Assembly (NCBI RefSeq): GCF_006345805.1
Contig: NC_043002.1
Location: 19,468,001-19,532,000 of the forward strand
Direction of reading: 5' to 3'
Length of the DNA: 64,000 nt
Origin: Octopus sinensis
Lineage: Eukaryota
Every line of letters begins with the position of its first letter. Within the stretch, counting starts at the first letter, position 1. The notes beneath the pieces were generated by a model. That model was given only the letters and a program-made list of their open reading frames with translations. It was not told the DNA's origin and made no database searches. Positions 14,231 to 24,116 of the stretch are shown in pieces. Made by a program: the position numbers and the translations under genes.

Positions 14231-15372
14231 TACGAGGGGCGTTCAATAAGTAATGCCCCTGACCCACTTCCCATAGCAGTAGAGCAACGGAACTTGGCAC
14301 AGTTATTAGTCTTTTTCTACATAGGAACCACCCAGAGTTATGCATTTCTCCCATTGTTTGATGCAGCTCTGGAGACCGTTTTTGTAGAAGACCCCAGCTT
14401 GGTCCTCCAACCTGAACCTGACTTCGGAAATCAAGGCTGCATCATCTGGGAAATGCTTTCCTTTCAAAAACAACTTCATGACTGGGAAGAGGTGAAAATC
14501 AGAGGGTGCAAGGTCAGGAAAGTAGGGGGATGGGGGAGGAGTTCATAGCCATATGCCTGTGCTTCTGATCTGGCGACAAGCGAGTTGTGGACCGGAGCGT
14601 TGTCCTGCAGGAGGAGGATGCCTTTGCTGATCTTGCCCCGCCTCTTGATTTTGATAACTTCTCTTAATTTCCTCAAAAGTGAGCATAATAGGCTCCTGCA
14701 ATTGTGGTACCCTTTGCCAAGAAATCTGTCATCACTACTCCGTCCTGGTCCCAGAAGACTGTGAGCATGACCTTGCCAGCGGAGGGCTGCACCCTTGCCT
14801 TCTTTGGAGGGGGTGAGTCACGGTGCTTCCACTGCATTGACTGGGCTTTGGTCTCTGGATCATCGTGATGGACCCAGGTTTCATCCTGTGTAATCAGTCT
14901 TTTGAAAAATTTTGACTCATCTTCTTGGCACATCTCCAAATTCACCCTTGAGCACTAGACACGTTCTTGCTTCTGGAAAGGCGTGAGCAACCTGGGAATC
15001 CATCTGGCAGACACCTTTTGCATATGCAAATGGTCATGAATGATAGTTTCCACAGACCCGGTACTAATCTTGACCTTATGGGCTATTTGGCGAATAATTA
15101 TGCGTCAATCTTCCAAAATGGCAGCCTCAACTTGACGGACAGATGCCTCATCAATGGCAGAAGGGGCGACCAGATCTGGGAGCTGTTTCCACAGAGTTCC
15201 GACCATGTTTGAATTCACGATGCCAGCGTTTTACAAGGTCATATGATGGGGCATCATCACCATAAGTTACTTTCATTTCATCAAAAGTCTCTCGTGGTGT
15301 GCGTCCTTTCAAATACAAAAACCGGATCACTGCAAGTGGGTCAGAGGCATTACTTATTGAACGTCCCTCGTA
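14231..15372 (-). mobile_element. Mariner transposon (irritans-like subfamily), defective
   Basis: 37-bp TIRs at 14233-14269 and 15334-15370 (CGAGGG(G/A)CGTTCAATAAGTAATGCC(C/T)CTGACCCACTT, 2 mismatches) flanked by TA. Minus-strand transposase pieces: AVIRFLYLKG, KVSARWIPRLL, ITQDETWVHH, SAGKVMLTVFWD, LLQDNAPVH, (Y)FPDLAPSDFHLF, FYKNGL...WEKC...GSYVEKD*. Contains frameshifts, an in-frame TAG, and a deletion of the 5'UTR and start codon. Confidence 0.95.
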
Positions 15373-18300
15373 GCTGCATTTCTTGCTCGTGTTTTTTTCT
15401 CTCTGCCTGAAGATTAAAAGCACTAACATTATTAAGTTATCCATATGCTAACCTTGAGACAGCTCTGTAGTTCCAAAGAAACTGCTCCACAGTTTCCTGG
15501 AGTTAGGAGTAAAATAACTGAGAATGGAAAAAAATTGTTTTAGCACTAATAGATCTGAGGTTATTCAACAATATCAAAAATTGTTATGGTAGCTCACAGC
15601 TCTGTGTACCTTCTAGTTGTTCTGCTTCTGAACAATAGCTTTGGGTTTTCCCCTGTAAACCCCCTTTCCCCACTCATCCTCAATAAATAACTTTTCCATC
15701 AACTTATTAGTATAAAGAGCAAGGTACATATTCTATGAAATAAAATATCAACACACCCAGACTCACTCAAACATATATGAATGTACATACATACACAAAT
15801 GCACACAGGCAATTAAATATAATAACTGGCTGCTTTTGAATGAGACATTTTATTAAACTTGTAACATAAAATGATAACATTTCATTATAAAATAATACAT
15901 AATAAAAATGAAGCATTATCAGAAACTTTGGAAATGCAGGTGAATGTGTACAATAATTATCTTAAACATAATGAAATAAAATACAAATGGAATTATACAA
16001 GTTCAAAAGAATGTAATTTATAATGAAGAGTTGTGTGTGTGAATTCATCATCATCATCATCTTTTTTAATGTCCCTCTTTAATGTCATTCATTTAAGAGG
16101 CAAAAATGACAGAACTATTATGAATATATAACACTTACTTTATCTAAATTACTCAAACTATAAAAGGCCTCTACTGGATAGTTTTCTTTTTAACATTTTC
16201 AAAGTTATTTCATGCAGCTAAATGGTTAGCAATAGGAAAGGACATGTACTCATAAAAGATTTAAAAGAGAGAGAAGAGAGCTTGTGAAAATCAAAATCAA
16301 AATGCCACTCATTCACATGTAATGTACATATTTCTTGGTATTGTTTTAGCAAGAAGTAAATGGATGTTAAAGCAAGAAAAATGCCTAATATCTGCTGCTA
16401 ATAAATTTTTGCACACTTTCTGTTAGACATTTCTTAGACTATTTGTAATGGCATAATACTGTCATTTAAACATACAATATTTATTTGAGTAAACAATGTT
16501 CAAATTTACTTCACTATTCAAAACCTGGTCAGAGGGATTTGGGACCATTGGAGACTTCATTACATAGAGCTGTTTAGGCAACATTTGATAGTACCAACTC
16601 CGTTGCAATTTTACTTACAGTGCCAGTTGAACTCAGCACTGTCAGTCGACAAAATACTCATTACTTATTAGATGTTGCTGATTGCAGCAAATGACTTTCA
16701 CTACATTGTCGCCTATTTAAATCTACATGGACCGAACCATTGAAAGGATTGTTTCTGGTGTAGGATATTGATTACTGACTCAACAACTGGTAGTCTACGG
16801 TTCTGTCAACTTAGCTCTGCTCTTACTCACCCACAATGTAGCATTGATGAAACCATATAGGTATCGTTAATTGTCTTGACTCTGATTAGGAGCTTTGTGT
16901 TCCTTTTACTGTTTCACATATCTGCATAGCTGCAATAATTTTTGGAGTAATTGTTTTTACTACTGGATGTCCTTCCTACAGCTGATCTCTTATATATGGA
17001 TCCTGTTTCTACCATTTATGTAAAGGAAATGAAACAAGCAGTTATATACCTTGTTATGATGCACAATACAATGACATTAGTAAGATCTGAACTTATATAT
17101 AGTCTGTTGTCCAGCACCCTAACCTCCCAGACATTGCTCTGAATTCAAAATTGTAGTAATAACATAACCCAGATTAACTTCAATGATATATTTTGCAATT
17201 GTTCTTTCCATTTTCTTTCCTTTTTTTGAACTTTTTCTTTCTCATTGTTATTTTTTCCAACCTAGAAGGAAATTTTATTATCATATTTAAATTGAACAAC
17301 TAGCAGAGATGTTAGCAGTTACTATGCTATTACTAGTATTGCAGTGTCTGGCTGAGACATTCAATTTGCAAATAGCTTTGTCCAGTTTTGTGAAAACAGG
17401 TATGCAGAGTAAGAACAGCATACAGTAGCAACACTGTAAATAGATAAGTGGTTGTTATTGTTGTTTAGCTTCAAGCCTGCCTTTTTACAACAGAATCATG
17501 CCCAAAGGTGTTCTATTCATGACTATTTTTTTCTTTTTTCACAAGCATAATGTGTTGTTGCATCTTTTTAAAGTTGTTATGGTATGAATTGAGCGAGATT
17601 TAGATACTAATTTTAACAGGCTAGCAAGTACATAGAAGTTACCTCGTTTCTTATTTCTTTATTGCCCACAAAGGGCTAAACATAGAGGGGACAAACAAGG
17701 ACAGACAAAGGGCTTAAGTCAATTACATCGATGCCCAGTGCATGACAGGTACTTAATTTATCGACCCTGAAAGGATGAAAGGCAAAGTTGGCCTTGGCGG
17801 AATTTGAGCTCAGAATGTAGCGGCAGACGAAATACCGCTAAGCATTTCGTCTGGTGTGCTAACGTTTCTGCCAGCTCACCGCCTAAAAGTTATCTTGTTA
17901 GCAAGTTTAACTCCTCTTATGAGTGCAGGCTAGAAGTGAATCTCGTCTGTCTTATAAGTCAGTAAGATTGATCACACATTGCTGGTTAGCTCTTATGTAA
18001 AAGCCAAATAATTGTCTTGCTCTCCTGACAACTGACAGATTAACTGAGGGAAAAGAAAAGTGAAGTAAATAAGCTGAGTGATACAAGATAAATATACAAA
18101 CAAGAAAGGTAATATGATACCTATAAAGTAAGAGTCAAGAAATGATTAATCCGTATCCAGATATTGTGTGAGGGGAGTGTGTACATGTGTGTGTGTGTGT
18201 GTTTTTTTTTTGCTTGTCTGCATGTGTGCTTCTCCACAAAACATATTGTCATTTCTCCTGTTAACAAATTATTCACTCTGTTTGTCCTTTCTAAGATACA

Positions 18301-19328
18301 TGAAATAAAACATCTTTTATTTGTAAGGGTTATTGACAAGAAGAGTGTCTGGCTGTAAAACAATACCTTGATAATATAAATTATCTAACTCTTGCTAGCG
18401 TGGAAAAAATTAATATAACAATGAATGGACAAATAAATATAAACGCTTGGGTTCAGATGTACCAATGAGGTGAAACACAATAGATGTAGCTAAGTTTATT
18501 TTTACATTTGCTTCTGGTGGTTCACTCCAATGTCACTCCAATTTCTTTTTTATGTATGTGTGTTTATTTAGGTAACAATATGCGCATGTGTGTGTGCACG
18601 CATGTGCATGCTCATGCACACCCGCATATAAAATTCTTTGTTGTCCATAAGTCTGGAAAGAATAACTGCCTTTTAGTATGAGTAATAGAGTGGTTTCATG
18701 TATGTATGTATGTATGTATGTATGTATGTATGTATGTATGTATGTTTCATATACTGCTTAGAAACAATGCACATTACCAGAATTTTCTGACTCAAGAGGA
18801 ATAGTGCAAACCACTCCAAATCCTTGTTAGGGCATCTATGTAAATGAAGTAAGGACTGGCTAGCTTGTACTGGCATGGAGTAGTATAATACATAATAATG
18901 AAGTCAAACCAAATAATGATATTTTGAACACATTGAAAGCATGCATTTCAGATCATTGTGTAATAGAGAAAAAAAATGGAATTTATCTCTTACTGAACAC
19001 TCTTCAATTAAGACGTTTCAAAATATAGTGTGGTCAAATTCCTTCTTTATACATGGTCTTGGGCAGTTTGCATAAACTTTGTAAGAGATGAATTCCTCTT
19101 TTTATCTATTGTCCAATTGTCTGAAATATACATATTAAATATATTCAAAATATCATTACTTGGTTTGACTTCATTTTGTATATATCTTCTTTTATTCTTT
19201 TACTTATTTCAGTCATTAGACTATAGCACCACCTTGAAGAATTTTAGTTAAACAAATCAACCCTAGTACTTATTTTTAAGTCTGGTATTTATTTTATTGG
19301 TTCTCTTTTGTGGAACCACAAAAGAGAA

Positions 19329-19367
<39 letters not shown>

Positions 19368-19763
19368 AAGATAGGGAGAGAAAGCTGTCAAGATTATGGA
19401 AGCTAAAAGCTATAACACAAGAACAGACAACAGAGTGATTAGGAAAAAAAAAGAATAAAACAATTTTTAAAATAATGGTAATAAATGAAGAGTAAAAATG
19501 TATTTTTGAATCTTTTTGGTCATCCTTCCTCCTTTTCTCTAAAAGGACTTCAACACGAGTCTGCTTAAAGAGTTCAGTGCCCTTAATGCAATAAGTTTCC
19601 TCTCTTCCATGAATCTGTGAAGGAAGTCACAGCTTCACTCATGATACCTCTTCTGATTTTACTTGAGAAAGTCTCTGTATCACTTCAGCGGTGCTCCAAC
19701 AGAATGCATATCCCAAGGAAGCTGACTGTAAAAAAGCCACCCTATCAGGTGGCTTTTAAGCAA

Positions 19764-19900
19764 CTAACTCTGAATGAGATGATCTGCAAACAGATCTCTG
19801 ACTTGTTTTGGAGAATCTGTTGCAATTGCTTCCTCCAGCGACATATCCCAATGATGATCATATTCGTTGCTAAAAATCATGTAAAAAAAATTGTCAAAAA
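19764..19900 (-). mobile_element. Helitron Rep/helicase linker coding remnant
   Basis: YDHHWDMSLEEAIATDSPKQVRDLFADHL resembles the Helitron DD..W...L.EA......+R.LF motif found between the Rep and helicase domains. Confidence 0.55.
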
Positions 19901-20292
19901 CGATCACAATAATGAAAACATAGGAATTCAAAATTTCAGGATTACAGGTCTGGATTCGGCCTGGAATATTTTTTAATTTACTCATGGAGTCAGCCTGATT
20001 CCAAAATGATATTATGATATGTTGAGCTACAGCCTCAAGGAGTAAAGTTGAAAAAGTGTGACACACTGATGTTCACATTTATTATATTTGATATGTTTAA
20101 TTTTGGGGAAACTGTATTTCAATTAAAATGTATTTTGTGTGTGTGTGTGTGTGCGTGCTTGTGTGTGCATATATGTATTTATGTACACACACACATATAT
20201 AAGTTTGTTTTAAAGAAAGCAAAAGATAAAACAAAAATTATAGTAAATTACTATTTTTAAATCTCACAACATGAGATATTCAGCAACAGTAC

Positions 20293-20763
20293 TTTGTAGT
20301 AAAGATTGTTTGCCAATATAACATGGCAGTCCTGGTTAAGGACTAATGTTGCTGTAATTTAGCCCCAGGAGACATCGTCTCCAGCTGGTTATACAACACG
20401 ATCTGTGTCCTTATATTTTTGAACAAGGGAATCTAGCACCCCAACTCAGCTCAAATTTATAAATTTATAAATCAGTGACTAGTTGTCACTTTGAATACTA
20501 TATATTTCAAACAGAAATTTGGCAGCGCCGCCTCTAGCCGAGCAATTATTCTGTGCTGATGAGGAGAAATAACCCAGAAACCATGATACACAGATATTGT
20601 TTTGAGCTGGGTGGGGGTGCCACATTCCCTTGTTCAAAAATATAAGGACACAGATCGTGTTGTATAACCAGCTGGAGACGATGTCTCCTGGGGCTAAATT
20701 ACAGCAACGTTAGTCCTAAACCAGGACTGCCATGTTATGTTGGCAAACAATCTTTACTACAAA
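20293..20763. repeat. Long inverted repeat: arms 20293-20432 and 20624-20763 (140 bp, 3 mismatches), plus 23 bp of degenerate inner extension
   Basis: Direct base-by-base comparison of the arms. Confidence 0.95.
20550..20594 (+). ncRNA. Type I hammerhead-ribozyme-like motif inside the inverted-repeat loop
   Basis: UCUGUG-CUGAUGA-GGAGAAAUAACCCA-GAA-ACCAUGAU-A-CACAGA: 6-bp stem I in exact register, intact core, near-palindromic stem III, weak stem II. Confidence 0.65.
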
Positions 20764-21125
20764 ATGATAGTGTCCAGTAGTTGGTTCAGTATGCTGGCCA
20801 CAGGAATTTCTGTCCAGGAAAGTTGTACATCATCTCCCTCTTTCTCTCACATACCCACACTCTCTTGCTTATTATTACTCCCATTGCCACCATCAACACT
20901 GCTACTTTTAATAAAACATCAACTCTCCCTAAATTTCTTTTTCTCTCTTTTTCTTCCTATCTTTCTCTTTTGTTCTTTCTTTCTCCGTCTTCACCACCGT
21001 AATCACCATCTCTATGCCTACTATTACTCTCACCCCAGCACAAGGATGTATTGTTATTGAATAGTGAGAAGGGGGGGGGTCAAAGTGTGACACACTGACA
21101 CACACAAATTAGTTTTCACATTTAT

Positions 21126-21176
<51 letters not shown>

Positions 21177-22822
21177 AAGAGAGAGAGAGTTTCTTTTTTC
21201 TCTATTAAAACTGAAGCTGCGAATTTCTGATGCAATTTTAGTTTCATGCCTATGTAATCTTCAGATGAAACTATTTCACCTGAAGATCAGTCGCATGACA
21301 CTGAAGTTAAAGACAAACTCTCAACTTCAGTTTTAATTAAAAAAAAAAAAACAATATCTTGTGCAACATGCATTAATCACACCTTTCATATTCATTCAAA
21401 ATTAAGTAACATACATTTGTGTTTGTGTACACACACACATTTTAACAATTTAGAGTTAACTCACTAGATTTCACTGACTAGTGGCAGAAGCTTCCATAAA
21501 GTTATTTTTACATTTGTATTTATGAATATATGTGTTATTTAAATAAGAAATATTACAATGGTATTTTAGCTAACACAGTAAAGAAAACATAGCCTTACTT
21601 AAATACATTTAAAATAACACAGAAACTAAATTGTGTTGGTAGTAGGAGAGAGTTGGTATAAAGTAAAGAAAATGGATGTGGGTGAGAGTGAGTGTAAATG
21701 TAAAATATGGGATAAGAATGAGTATAAGGGAATGGGGATGGAGACAGGTGTAAAGTATAGAATATGATCTGTAATGGGTAAAAAGGGGTGGAATGTGGTT
21801 GTGAAAGTGTTGAATACATGTTGGCGTTAGACTACTGTAATATTCTTGTTGATGTTGTTTAACTTACAGCATAGTTTGATCTATTTCACATGACCTTTTT
21901 AGTGAAATACTCTTTACTTTAAACAGCAAATGAAATGTCGTGACATTGATGCCTGTCCCTAGAGCATTAGTAGATAATAAACAGTGTGATAAGAATTGGT
22001 TTCAGTTGGGAGTCATGTTGCTCTTTCTCTTGGGAAAGGCATGAACATTATTAATGCAAATTGTATTCTTTCAGTAAAATAGAGTGTTTACTCCTTAGTT
22101 ATCAGAAAACATCTTTAATTTTTTGCAGCTCACTTCGTTTTTTTTATCCCTTCTGTCTCTAGGCATGAAAGAAAGAGGATAGGATGTAAGATGAGATGAA
22201 ATCTTCCCTTGAGTGATTGATTTTGTATATTGCATGTGGTTTGTTAGGTGGAGGTAGGGATGATATCTAGCAGCTGGAAGGGAACATTTGAAAATGTATT
22301 GGCGGTATTGAAGGTTGTAGTAACAATGGTAGACAGATGTAGATTTTCATATCTCTAATTTTTTATTTATCTCTCTCATCTCCTCTTTACCTCTATTTCC
22401 ACCTGTCCCTCTCTTCCCCTTTTCTCCCCTTAACTTCTAAAATGCCTTTCAGCATTTTTCTACCGAATTCTGTTTATGATTCATAATTTAAACAAAAACA
22501 GCTGCTACAAATATTTAAAAAAATATCCTGAAATATTTCACATAGCTGTAGTTTCCTTTACAAAAGAAAATCCTGTACAGAACAGCTGTAAAGTAGCGTG
22601 GAAAGTCCAATGGTAAATGAAAGAATCTGATGGCTCTGGGTCCCTAATCAATTAACCTGGAGATAGAATTTATTAAGGCGCATATACTTGAGGGTGCAAT
22701 AGTTGGTTTACTTACCAAGATGGTGTTTGTATCGTATCAGAACTGCAATATGGTCAAGATGCATAGTTTTCAATTGCTGAGTCCAATTGCAAGATGGTTG
22801 AGGATATATTGTTTGCTTTTTA

Positions 22823-22960
22823 GGCAGGGATAGCACTGTGATATACACAACTGGTTTGCTGGCTTGCATGGCTAATGGAGCTAAGTTGAAACATTGGATA
22901 GTTTTAAGAAGAAAGCACTAATTTCCTAAACGGTGCACCACAAAGGATGAATGGATGACA
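22823..22960 (+). mobile_element. Degenerate pogo/Tigger-type DDE transposase fragment
   Basis: Translates GRDSTVIYTTG-LLACMANGAKLKHWIVLRRK...HHKG*MD, matching pogo TTG..LAC.A.G.KL and KGWMD motifs, with a deletion and stops. Confidence 0.6.
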
Positions 22961-23455
22961 ATTCAATACATGTTTAGTGAGACAAAATATGTTTTAAAAG
23001 ATTTGAATTTCTACTTGAACCAACGTCATTGTTAGTGCTGGGATCAATACCATTTTATCAAAAATTGAAGCAAAACAAAATAAATTGAGTTGTTATCCTG
23101 GTATGGTTTGAACTCAAACACAAAATATAACTGAATAATGCAAAACATTTTGTTTCACACTATCAAGTTTGTTATCATTCCCTATTGCTATTGTAATGAT
23201 ACCTTAATGCAGTTTGAAAGCTGTAAATTTCAAAGCAGGGGTATAGGCAATTTAATCAACTTTACTACCAAGTCTTATCTTAATGACCCAGGCAAAAATC
23301 AAACCTTCTAGGATTTGAAATTAGAACATAAAGGAGTGTAACTAAACAACAGGCATTTTGTCTAATGCTCCATCAATTTTACCAGCCACAGTGATGCTTT
23401 AATCTCATTGCACTGTGAGTTTTAAAAAAAAACAAACATGATGAAATAAACTGAC

Positions 23456-23685
23456 TTAACCCTTTTGTTATTGTATTTATTTTGAGATGCTCTGTGTTTC
23501 TTTCAACTAATTTTAAATATAACAAAGAATTTAGTAAAATAACTTAGTTATCATTAAGCTGGTGTTAGGAACATAAATTGCGACTAAGGTTTCATGGAAG
23601 ATTTTCATTCAAAACTTATGGAAACAAGACATTTGTACTACAGAGCCAGAGGTGGTTTCAAACGAGTTGGTATTGAAAGGGTTAA
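23456..23685. mobile_element. Non-autonomous piggyBac-type MITE (222 bp)
   Basis: TTAA|CCCTTTTGTTA ... TATTGAAAGGG|TTAA: TTAA target duplication on both sides and CCCTTT/AAAGGG termini. Confidence 0.75.
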
Positions 23686-24082
23686 AGATAAAACAAAACA
23701 AAATAAGTGGATGAAGATATCAAAATTTCAGAACTAAAATGTTTTAAACTTTTCCTTTTAATAGTTATAATGTATACTTAATGGAAGAAATGCATTGGGA
23801 TAAATAAAACTTCAATGAATAATAACTAAAAAAGGGTTACACACTGAAACCATTTTATCTATATAAGTAACATAAATGTATATATTTTAATGTTTTTTCT
23901 TTCTGCTTTCCTCAAGATAATTTTGAACTGGATTTTAGCTTAAAGATAAGATTTGCACAAATGAATCTCAACCACTCATATTTCCTAAGTTGAAATCTCC
24001 ATAAAAGACCATATGAAATATTAAAGGAAAAACCTGCATTTCAAGTAGGAAATGGTTCTTTGGAATAAGATGTAATGGAAGG

Positions 24083-24116
<34 letters not shown>

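Noticed and set aside
19732-19757. Bacterial terminator indicating contamination or HGT
   Set aside because: The flanks are eukaryotic repeats and there are no bacterial-type ORFs; kept only as a hairpin observation
21241-21310. Hammerhead in the 134-bp palindrome (CTGAAGA on both strands); also CTGATGA..GAAA at 25042-25058 and CTGAAGA at 53059
   Set aside because: No closable stem II, or wrong register; the 25042 hit is a mutated SINE segment
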